From the NCBI GenBank assembly GCA_905178155.1, contig CAJINV010000007.1:4366258-4430257 (forward strand): 64,000 nucleotides of DNA, read 5' to 3'. The DNA is from Amoebophrya sp. A120 (lineage: Eukaryota; Protista; Dinoflagellata). The number at the start of each line of letters is the position of its first letter. Position 1 is the first letter of the stretch. Below the pieces are notes generated by a model. That model searched no databases, was not told the DNA's origin, and saw nothing but the letters and a program-made list of their open reading frames with translations. Below are positions 54,001-64,000 of this stretch, piece after piece. Position numbers and translations under genes: made by a program.

Positions 54001-57000
54001 GAGTTCTGCTTCTTGTTTATGTTTTTGCCCTGCATATTATTTGGCACGCGCTTCATCGCCACAACGCTTTGCCAATTGGCCACTCGCTTGTACACATGCT
54101 TTTGGCCCGCCCGGACGCCGGCCAGAAAGCTGAGAGGCCGGGGTTTGCTACTCTCCTCTTCCTCGTTATCGGTATCCCGATCCTCCGCATCCTCGTCCTC
54201 AATATCGGAGTTTTCGGACCGTTTCTCACCAACAGCATTATGCTCCTTGTCCTTGCCAGCACCGCGATGAAGCAGCTTTCCAGTTTGGAAAGGATGATCC
54301 GACGATTTGATGTTCTGCCTCTTTTCATACTCAACTTCCATTTCCCTATCCCGTTGCCTTCTTTTCTTCTCTTCCGCTTCCCTCTCCCTCCGGTGCAGGT
54401 TGTTGACCAAGTCAAATTCCCTCAGATCAGCGTGCGGGCAGTGTGTGCGGAACAGAAAAGGATCAACGCCCGTCTGGTTGCAATCCACGTCGTTAGTGGG
54501 CTCGCATTGCTGAATCTGCATGACCGCCTGCTTCAAAAGGGATTTGTTCTTCTGGAGGTGCATTTTTCTGCTGCTCCTACTAGCACCAGTAGTGGGTTCT
54601 TGTCCACCATCACTTTGGCAGGAATTCTGCTCCCGTTCTTGCAACATGCGCTCGAGCACGTTCAGCATCGGAGCGGTGTAGATGTCCGAGGCTGCTGTTG
54701 ACGGTGGTCGTCGCTCGCTCGCCCGATTCTTCTCGTTCTTCAGAGAGCATTCGTAGACGAACCGCAACTGCTCGATGTATTGCCTTGTTGAAGGACTCAA
54801 ATCTCGCACGGATTCGTAGCGGGCGGGAGTTATTCCTTTATTTTCCTGCAGCATATTGTTCAATTTTGCAGGAGCCTTGCTGCTAGAAGACAAAGAGGAA
54901 CCGACAGCTTGGTTCGTGCTGGTGTTTATAGTTCCGCACTGTTCATCCGCAAATCCGAACTTCTCTAGCTTCTGCTCCATCTCCGACAAAGCTTCCCTTA
55001 GTTTCCCCTTCACGTCCCCAGCACCGCCGTCGGTAGTGGTCCCGCGAAAAAGCATTCGGTTCAATTTGATCCAGCCCATATGCGGATCGACTTGGTCCTT
55101 ACTGAGAATGTCGGCGAATTTATTACCACTCTTGTTCTCCGCTTTGGACTTCATTTCTTTCTTACTCTTATCCCCCTGCTCAGCCTCGTTTTGCGCCGCT
55201 AACTCCTTCTCCCTTTTCTCCAAATCTTCTAGCAGGTCCAACAGCCGCTTGTTCGGTCCACATTGCTCCAGCGGTATCTCGCCATCCAGATAGCTACCCG
55301 CTCCTCCTGCTACCTCCTCCTCAGCACAGTCGTCCCTCCGTTCACAGATCGGGACGCGGTGCACGGACAGCGCAAACCGCCACATAATGTCGCTGATAAT
55401 GCTGTCCGGGCTATTTCCCACTTCCTCCTCTTCTTTCCGAGAGTCGTAACTTTTCATAGCTGCGTCCGCCCGTAAATTCACGTTTTTCTGATTGTCTAAC
55501 TGGAGAAACGTCCGCAGGGGGTTCTTCCACTTTCCGAGGAGCATCCAGTTTTTCAACGCGTTTTCAATGCTCTCGCGGAGGAACTGCTGATTCCGCCGGT
55601 CGAACGACTGCCGGCTTTTGTAGAAAGAACTGTCTTGGTTGTACTTGGTTGTGGAAAATTTCGTGCCGAGTGTGACAACCCGGGTCACGCACTTCAAGAA
55701 TGCGTTTACTTCCTCCAAAAGAAGCTCGGGAAAGCGAAAAAAGGTTCTTGTTCTACTTGCCGCGTCGAGGTGCTGCTGTGTTGATGAAGACAGAGCATTT
55801 TTATGCCCGCCGGTAGTTGTTGAACAAGACACTAAACCACGACGTTGTTCCGACGAAGACGAAGATGAAGATCCTGACAAGAAGTTCTTGTTGTCACCAT
55901 CAACTTTGTCGAAGTCAAACACCTTGAGCGTATCCCGGTAGCTGAGCGGGCCGCTTTTGTACTCGTAGTCCAGTCTGTAGTTCGTGTTGTGCTTGTGCGT
56001 CCGCCTCTCGTCCTGCGTGTCGGGCTGTTCGGTGAACCTGGACCGCGTTAAGCCGGACAGTTTTTCGAACCGCATGTCTTCATACACCAGCTGCTCCCCG
56101 TATCCACAGTAAATTTCCCGTACACGTACAAATGCGGTCTCTGCATGACAAAACTTGCCTTCAATCCTAGTCCAGCATGACAAGTTGGACTCTGCAAGGT
56201 AGCGAAATTTGTCATGCATTTTGTACATGTACAGGAAATTTACATTGCATACCCCGTACTCGGGCGGCAATTCCTCCTCCCGGGTCGCTTCGGAATGATG
56301 GATGTGTCAGGTTTGAAATCGTCAAAGTTGAAATAGTTTGAGTTTGTCATGCATAAAACAGATACCAGTCGGAAGCCCACTTATCAAGCGGCGCATGACA
56401 AATTTTCCGAGCACCGGAATCCAATTTGTCATGCTGTTTGGGCACAGAAGATTGCTTTTGTCATGCGAGTTTAGTAGCTCTATTTCAAACCCTAAATAGG
56501 CTCATAATCTGCCTCATTTGCCATCCCGGCAAGACAGGCACTTCATGCCTTGCACTTTATGCATGAGAAATCATTTCAACTTTGTCGATTTCAAACCTGA
56601 CGCTTCCATAAGAATCCTCGTCCGAGTAGAAATCGTCCTCGTCAGAAATAAAGCTGTCGTCGTCATAGTGGCGGTCTCGGTTGTTCCCCCTCCGATGGTG
56701 CTGTGCGTAGTTCCGGTTGCCGGCCGGCCCGACCTGCTCGCCCATCGCCGCAAACCGCATCGCAAGCTCCGCGTGGCTGGTCGGCGGCCGCAGGATAGAT
56801 TCATTTATGGTTCCCACGACGTCGCTGTTGTCCTCGTTTTCATCAACTACACCTTGTAAGATAGCTTCAACATCATCCAGCACCTGATTGTCACCGACAG
56901 TTTGTCCAGGAAAGTTTAAGTTATTCGTGCTATTGTTTTCTTCATCTCGTTCTCGCCGTCCTGTGATGTTGAGTCCGTTGTTCTGGTCTCCTCCAAGTCC

Positions 57001-58453
57001 AACCTCTTGATGTTGTTGAATTATTCCGGAAGAGAAAGATGCTGGTGGAAGCCTCTCCACGAGCAGGTCCCGCACCACTTTTCCGTACCGGTCCTCCAAT
57101 CTTTCGCCCGTGAAGTCCCTGTGGTACCCCACCAGCGTCTATCAAATGTAAAAATGTCTGGGCCTGGAGGAGTCATGCTGTTTTTGCATGACACAGAAGG
57201 TCTGGCATGGAAGCTCTGGCATCACAGGTTTCGAGAAGCTTCCGTCATGCCGAATCCGCATCACAAATCCCCCATTCTGGTGACAGAAATTGGGCAGCTT
57301 TTGCTACCTATGCATGAGAGATCTTTCTGTGTTCGGAAATGCGCATCACAAGTTTGTATTCTTCCAGACCCAGACATTTTTGCAGTCCATAGCGTCCGAA
57401 TGGACACGAGCGACCGGTTGCGCGCGTCGGCCTCTTTGTCGCGCTCTTTCATGTTGTGGTAGTCGTGCGGGGAGGTCGTGTTCGTCATCGCCGTGAAGTC
57501 CTGCCGGCTCCCCATAACCTCGTAGTTTTTCGTGCCAAAATAGTACCCGGGCTTCGCACCCAGAAACTTGTTGGAGGGAATACAAAAGGGAAGCGAGGAC
57601 GAGGATGAAGACCCACCAGCACTACCTCCGTGCGTTCTACTGTACTGTGCGAAGAGCTCGTCCACCGTTTTCGGCTCGGTGCTTTTTGTGGTTGCGAGCA
57701 GGTCCTTGGACTCCTTCAGGACCAGGGCTTCGATCTGGAGGTTTGGGAAATGGAAAATAAATCATGTACAGATATCAAGCGACAGTTGCGATATCATATA
57801 TCACACAAGGAACTTACTGTTAGACTCAAAGCAAACTACTGGGTCCTGGCACTGACAGTGATGAAAAAACTAAAAATTAATTTTTGAAAAGCAAGAAAGC
57901 CTTTATATGTTGATACGGTTTTTCGAAGCTCCTCCCGCTTTGCAGCGTCCATAATACTATTTGGCTCTGCGGTTGTTTGAAGCGCGGAAGACGAGGATGA
58001 GGATGCGGAGGCTCCTGTAGGAGGTGCACCAATTTTGATGTTTGTAGCCAAACTTCTATCCCCGCCCCCGGCTACAACATCTAGCAACTGGGCCGCAACC
58101 TTTGCCGCGGCTTCCTCTGCGAGTTTCATCTCCTGGGTCGTTTTACTATTTGGTAGAACTGCGTTGTGGTAGTTTGCGAACGCATTAGCTTGATGCATCG
58201 CAGCAGAGCTACTACTCGCAGAACCGCCTTGCTGCGCGCCATTTCTGGTGCCGGCACCCCCTCCGGGGGTATTATTTGCGTTGACGTTCATGGTTGCCAC
58301 TAAATTGGCGAACCGCTCCGGATTCGACAAATATTTGTCGCAAGCCACGTCGACGGACCGGAATTTCTTGATCAACGCCTTCGCGAGCGCCTCATCGACG
58401 GACAGGATTTCGCAGACCGTCCGGACCTGTTCCGAAAATGTCGACCCAGCCAT
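42085..58453 (-). CDS. Giant SNF2-family helicase/ATPase with RING finger (Rad5/Rad16-like group), ~4838 aa
   Basis: Motif I GGILADKIGFGKT; Ia TLILVPSHLIDQW; II RIVFDEFHE; III GLTGTP; RING CVLC...CGHVFCVEC...CALCR; IV KVILFCQW; V AAGTNL; VI QAIGRIRRYGQ. Three GT-AG introns (57735-57916, 43321-43508, 43096-43249) and six TIR introns give 14517 nt = 4839 codons. Confidence 0.9.
47760..47925. mobile_element. Family A TIR introner-like element (166 bp)
   Basis: TSD cagga (47755-59, 47926-30); TATGCAAT...GTGGATA; excision gives KLKIL|VCKNISP. Confidence 0.93.
50632..50782. mobile_element. Family A TIR introner-like element (151 bp)
   Basis: TSD aaccg (50627-31, 50783-87); excision gives RPVTR|FQWLH. 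Confidence 0.93.
50827..51090. mobile_element. Family B TIR introner-like element (264 bp)
   Basis: TSD cccgt (50822-26, 51091-95); TIR TATCAAATG(C/T)AAAAATGTCTGGGTCT; excision gives HLSTG|WKSQ. Confidence 0.93.
56101..56251. mobile_element. Family A TIR introner-like element (151 bp), inverted relative to the other two copies
   Basis: TSD ccccg (56096-100, 56252-56); its reverse complement matches 50632-50782 with ~9 substitutions by manual count; excision gives PEYG|EQLV. Confidence 0.93.
56297..56610. mobile_element. TIR introner-like element (314 bp), family C
   Basis: Flanks ggaat and agaat (one mismatch); GAT...ATA ends; inverted repeat gtcaggtttgaaatcg(t/a)caaagttgaaat; excision gives DEDS|EATREEE. 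Confidence 0.88.
57140..57391. mobile_element. Family B TIR introner-like element (252 bp), inverted relative to 50827-51090
   Basis: TSD gcgtc (57135-39, 57392-96); TIR core AAAAATGTCTGGG; excision gives SIRTL|VGYHR. Confidence 0.92.
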
Positions 58454-60491
58454 TTTGTTTTATTGGAGCGTGGTGTGGTCCACTCGCACTCGGTGTCAAG
58501 TAGTAGATGCTTTACGGTTTATTTTTGCTCGCGACCTTGGATGTCGACATACCTAGCGTTTCTTGAAAATCAAATCTGTACTATGTGAAACAACGAGTTT
58601 TGTCAGTAAAATCTTCACTTGTCGAGTTCAAAAAGTCGCACGAAAGAGGTAGATTGATTCGGTGAAACTACTAACTTGTAACGTTCACCTCGGTCGTCGC
58701 GTCGTTCGTCATCGTACAACGTGCCAAGCCTGCTAAGCAAGTAAGATTCGGATAATTTCAAAACGCTTTGACTTTTTTCGCAGCGTCGGGCGGTGTTGCC
58801 CTCCTGCATGTGCAGTGAAGCAAAAGGCAACAGGACAAACATGAGCGGTTTGTTTCTGTCCACTAGTGCACGACGCAGGTCAACCGTCTAGTGACGTCGA
58901 CATCATTAGCATTACCAACCGCGATCGAAGAGATTGTATTGCTATTTCCATTTGATATTTTGACGAGCGAATTTACCTCCATTTCAACGACGATGACAAC
59001 TACATCGAAGTAGACCATATTACCAGGTTCACGTCAATGAAGACACTCAGTCTGACGCAACCTTTCCAAGAATACAGTTCCGGCGAAACGATCTGACTTT
59101 GCTCGACCGCCGGGAAGATCGAAGTGCAGGCCGATAAGCTTCGTATAAATATTTACTCCGAGGCGAAGATCGAGAAGTCTGAGCCGTTGCTTTCACGAAC
59201 GAATGAAGAGACCTTGAAGCCACGAGGACATTGAAGATGATCCAGTTCTTTATTCGAGTTCGCTCACGCTTTCGCAAAAAGATCTTCGCTTTGAAATAAG
59301 TACTTGTTACTTTCACTTTCTCGTAGTTCCCAGATCGATGTTGCATAGACCAATGTCGGATCCTACTAAATTCAATCCTTTAGGGGTTGTATTGGCCGTT
59401 TTGCCCTTCGGCCAGCCACAGAAGTTGTCGTGAAGCGGCTTTCGGCGCCATCGGAATATAATAAACAGGTACAGGATCGACCAACTTTTGGAACATCTGG
59501 TATGAAATTGTTTTCGGATCTCTTTTGCAAACTCTGTTTCACCGGAGTTTTTAGTCGAAGTTTCGATCGTCAACTTCATATTTTTCGATCTGTGAGGCGC
59601 TAAGTCGGGTCACGAGGAAGAGAAAGGTCTTTGAAGACGGAAGCTCTGCTCACCATGCAACGGCGCAGTCTTGATGTCATGATAGGAGAGCTCCATCATC
59701 AGTCAAATGATCTCTCTTAAAAATCCGTGGGGGATGTCTCATGCAATTTTCTTGCACGGCCACGGCCGAGCGGCGGGGGGGGAGGTCAAGACTAAATACT
59801 TAAAAAGGGGGGATGACTTTCTTTCTGATCATCTCGATCCACGAGACTTGGGTCGCGGTCGTTTCGCAAATGATCTCACGACAAGACAATTTATGTCTTC
59901 AATCGTCCTGATAAGGAGCGGACGAGGAGGGATGCTTTTTCCAAACAACATTAACAAGCAAATGTGCTATAGCTATGACAATCTTGATCTTCGTATCCTA
60001 TTTCCGTTCGCATCAAATGCGACAATGTGCTGGACGAGTCGATTGCAGTATGCACTATTCAGCACGCGCCTCGTCCTGTCTTCTTGTCCTCAGTCGTCGT
60101 CGTTCATCTACTTAACGAAGGAATTGCTTGGCTTGGTACTACTCATGGAAAAATCATTCTACAATCACACAAAGACGCGTGAGCAGGTGCAGGACACTAT
60201 CAATCGCACACGATGAAGATAAAAACTCACCGCAGATTTGAAGATTGGTCCAGTAAGAACCCAAAATCACCTCGTCCAACCCGGAATACGGTACTACGTA
60301 CTACTGTGCGATCGATGTGTCTTTTCCTTTTGTCGTAAACATGAAAAAATAAAGAAATTATACCATGTTGGAAAATCTTCCATTTTTTTTTACTGTTGGT
60401 GCATCATACAGATTGCAACAAGCATCGTCACTGTTAGTCAACTGAAAAAACGAAAATAAATCTATCCTACAGATCCACTACTTACTTTTCT

Positions 60492-62588
60492 TCAAATCTC
60501 TCCCATGCCCATCCGGTCCCTACTACTTCCGGCCTGCACTCCTCTTCGCCTGACCTCCGAGTCTGTGCTTCTTCGCAAGTAGTTCTGGGAGGCTGCGGAC
60601 ACCAACTTGTTATCGTCGTTCTCGTCATCCGATTCCACCCCGGCGTACACCGGCGAGTGCTCCACGTCCGTCCCCTTCGTTTCGACGACAAAGAACACCA
60701 CGAAGAGCAGCGCGAGAATACAGAACACCGAGAACATCCCGTACAACACAGTCGCCTTGTCCGAAAGCATCCCGAGGACAAAGAGTATCGGAATCTGTAC
60801 TAAGTTGTTGCACAGAATTGCCGCCATGGAGCAAGAAGCGGCGATGACGGTCGGGTAAATATCCCCGAGGTAGACCCATATCACGCCCCCGTACCCAAAC
60901 GCGAAGCCCGCGACGTACAGGAAAACCATCATCATGACCAGAATGTCGTCCCAGTGAGAAGCGAGATCACCCTTTCCGTAGAACAAGTCGTTCTTCTGTT
61001 CGGGGGTGAGAGTTTGCTCTTCTTTATGGCTAGTGGTGTACAGCTCGATGGCGAAATTCGTTGTCATCGCTACCGACATGACGATTCCGGAGACCAAAAG
61101 GAGCGTCTTCCGCCCGAGTCGGTCGATGAGGAAAACCATGGGTAAGGTTGCTAGCAGCATCCACACCATCATCCCTGTCGTGTAGTAAACCGCCTTGCCG
61201 CCGGAGATGCGGCTGAAAATGTCGTTGACGTTGGTCATGATCAGGTTAATACCGGTGAGTTGCTGCATGATCGACAAACCGCAACCTAAGAGAACCCCCC
61301 GGCGGTACTTTTTGGAGGACAGTGCCCAGCACACGCCCTTGTGCTCGCCGGTGCGCTCTTGGGTCCTGTTTTTAAGTGGAGATGGGATGGCATTGGCATT
61401 TATGTGTTTTCCAAAGCTGTGATGCGCCCACTAATAGAAGTAGAACCAGTCTGACTTATAAGGCAGCCAGTGGTGTAGCAAAATTGTGGGCCACTAAAAA
61501 TCTATTTACGTATCCTATTTCACTTCTAGCTCTATATACCTTTCGATGATTTCGTTTATGTCGCCCGCGTCCAGTTTCGGATAGAGCTGCTTATACACCC
61601 CAGCCGCTTCCTTCAGCTTTCCCTTCGTTATCAGCCACTTCGGCGATTCGATCCCGGGTAACACCACCAAACAGAGGAAGATCTGGAGGATTAGTGGGAT
61701 AATCGGGAAGGCCAACATCACTCGCCACCAAATTTTCACCTGGAAGTTCCACTGGTCTTCGCCCCCGGGGAAGCTGTTGGGGGAAATCACGGTCACATTT
61801 GGCACGGCCTTTGCGAAGTTCAGTTGCGTGGTCATCGCCATGCCCAGCAATGGGGCGATCACCTGCCCGATAACCGTCATGAGCTGAAACCACGCACCAT
61901 ACTGCCCCCTTACCACCGGGGGGATCACTTCGGCAATGTAGGTCGGCACGATCCCGGCCGCGCCCGTGGTGGCGAACCCGCACAGAAATCGCCCGACGAG
62001 AAACATGGGCCAATTCACCGACGCGGCGGTGAAGGCGTAGGCAAGGATCCCGAGAAACGCGAATTCCATAATCGCCTGCCGTCGGCCCCGCAAGTCGGAC
62101 CACCACGGGCTAAGGGTGCAGACCACGACCATCCCGATCGTGAGCATCAACGCCGCGCCGAGTATCGTGAGGAGCTTTTTCTTCCCAAGCAATTCCCCGT
62201 CGTCGTCGCACTGCACGATGACATTCCCATTGGCGTCGGTTCCGCAGGTTTCAAAGGCCAAGTGTATTATCTCCATGGCAGTTTGGGCCCCGGAAATGAG
62301 TAGACCCATGGTCAAACTGCTCATGACGGCGGTGAATACGATCAGCCCCATCATCTTTTTTGACGCGTAGTCGCCGATATTCTCCGACCCGAGAATCGAC
62401 TGGGTTTTCAGCAAAGTCGGCTTTTTAGACGACAAAAGCCCGGAGGTTTCGTCCGCATTGTACAAGTAGTCTGCAGCTGACGTGGCAGAGAAAGGCTCGT
62501 CATTGCCCTGTTTCAGCTTCCGCGACTGTGTTCGTTGTACCACAGGTTTGCTCGCGCCTGCACTTGGTTTTGGTAGTACGCGCGACAT
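60492..62588 (-). CDS. MFS sugar porter family (hexose transporter-like), ~640 aa; intron 61366-61539
   Basis: Motifs SDLRGRR, GRFLCG, YIAEVIPPVVRG, ESPKWL, QQLTGIN, DRLGRK, ETKG; many hydrophobic helices; the last residues may be intronic. Confidence 0.92.
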
Positions 62589-62600
62589 CTTTTGTGCCTA

Positions 62601-62633
62601 CAGATGATATCAGATGATATCAGAAGATATCAG
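62601..62633. repeat. 10-bp tandem repeat (caga(t/a)gatat) x3 just upstream of the transporter ATG
   Basis: cagatgatat cagatgatat cagaagatat cag. Confidence 0.75.
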
Positions 62634-64000
62634 AACACTTGTTTTGCAGTAGTTGTTAGAATCGAGAGTAGAGTGAGGTAAAGGTTGGAAAAAGTTGTAA
62701 AAGATAACTTGTTATACTTCACGAGGCGATGCATAACGCAACAATGTAGTTGTGTTTCTTTTGCGGAAAGGAACTTAAACGCTTACTCGAAAAATAGCAA
62801 TTTCATTCTAAATTGTGATTTTCTACTCCGTGGATAGTATGTTTCCGTTTCGGTTGATTGAGTTTTTCAGCGCCGTTCGTCTTCCGACTGCACTGCAAGG
62901 AGAACTTCAAGTTGAGTGGTTAAACGTGAGAAGTCCTCCCTACAATATCGGAATCCGTGCAGCAAGGTGCTTGCCCTGACAGCAATTTATGCGCTCCACC
63001 CCTCTCTACACAGAGAGATTCAAAACTTTTAAAGTCAAAAAGGGGAGGAGTGCCAGAATTATGCGTAATCGTAATTTAGAGCAAAACAGAAGAAACGTTT
63101 GTGAAGTAGATGGGCGCTTTGACTTTTGACCGTGGTTTTACTTCGAAGCTACTCTAGTTTTCCTTCCACAAAATGTTAACTACATTGCTGGTCTGCGAAA
63201 CAAATGACAAGAAAAATCTATTGTCGCGAAGAACGGTTGGAAGTAGTTCTACTTTTTGCTAAGTAGCATTTGCTTTTGTTAGTGTTGAGCTTGACCAGAT
63301 TAACGAGAGCCGAATTTCAAAAAAAATATCGACCCGGATCGGATGAAAACCGACAGCCTCGGTGATCTTTATTCGATTTGCGTAGCCGCGGCGAGACAAC
63401 CGAGGTGGAAATATCAACAGTAGAGCGCTTTGATTTATTACTAGTTCGCAGCGGTCTTCTAAAATTTTGGATCTTCGATGGATCCAGCCAAATTTCCGCA
63501 AGCTCTTGCAGCCAGCTCTGAGTCTGAACTTTAGTCGACGACAGCAGCATGCAATCGCGTTCATACGACCGACTCGTGCTTCGTCCTCAGATTGCTGAGA
63601 CCGAAAATTATGCGTACAAATTAGAGATAGAGCCTCAGCCTATAAATCTAACCGATATCTTCGATCACCGAGATAATCAGAAGAATGCTCCTGCTCATCT
63701 TCATTTCCAATAGGACCAAGGCATAGGCAACATTTGCTCAGGTACATTCAGTTACAGTTTCCAAGGAAAGAGCATTTGCTCACTGAGAGCCGGTGTGTCT
63801 TTATTAAATCATTTTGCGGCTTTGTGTATTTTTCAGTACTCACCGCGTAGTACATTTTCTCCAGCCCGTTTTTGATTCAGATTCGTTTATCTTGGCTTGT
63901 GTCTGCCAGCAGCCTCAGACATACACCACAGTGGAGAAACTTCATGCCCATTCAATTGCAAGAGAACACACTGTTCGAATGGTACCGTCCAAAATGGTGC

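Noticed and set aside
47760-57391. Dispersed repeats read as a CRISPR array or self-splicing group I/II introns
   Set aside because: No regular repeat-spacer spacing and no cas genes; the elements are too short, lack recognisable ribozyme cores, and carry TIRs and TSDs.
58447-58457. agccattttg resembles part of the dinoflagellate spliced leader (CCGTAGCCATTTTGGCTCAAG)
   Set aside because: It is on the non-coding strand and is simply the reverse complement of the start context caaaATGGCT.
63259-63564. Short minus-strand ORFs at the window end
   Set aside because: No recognisable motif or coherent gene model.

Overview
Eukaryotic nuclear DNA. All genes I could model lie head-to-tail on the minus strand. 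Combined with abundant non-GT-AG introns carrying inverted and direct repeats, this suggests the parasitic dinoflagellate Amoebophrya (Syndiniales); the taxon is inferred, not proven. Manually spliced genes: an ABC-F ATPase with a C-terminal tRNA-binding OB fold (19050-25058), an ABC1/UbiB-type kinase (25233-29252), a ~4,838-aa SNF2/RING helicase (42085-58453), an MFS sugar transporter (60492-62588) and four hypothetical proteins. The main result is ten DNA-transposon-like elements (149-1210 bp) inserted in coding exons. Each has TAT...ATA termini (two have one degenerate end), terminal inverted repeats (TIRs) and a 5-bp target-site duplication (TSD). Removing the element plus one TSD copy restores the reading frame in all ten, and none can be read as GT-AG. 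Two families occur in both orientations within one gene. One element has ~200-bp TIRs and an ORF-like cargo. 14 of the 21 GT-AG introns I modelled begin G-TAT, which suggests a continuum from transposon to canonical intron. Bases 1-10300 hold only fragmentary ORFs that I cannot identify. Splicing is inferred from frame restoration; I have no transcript data.
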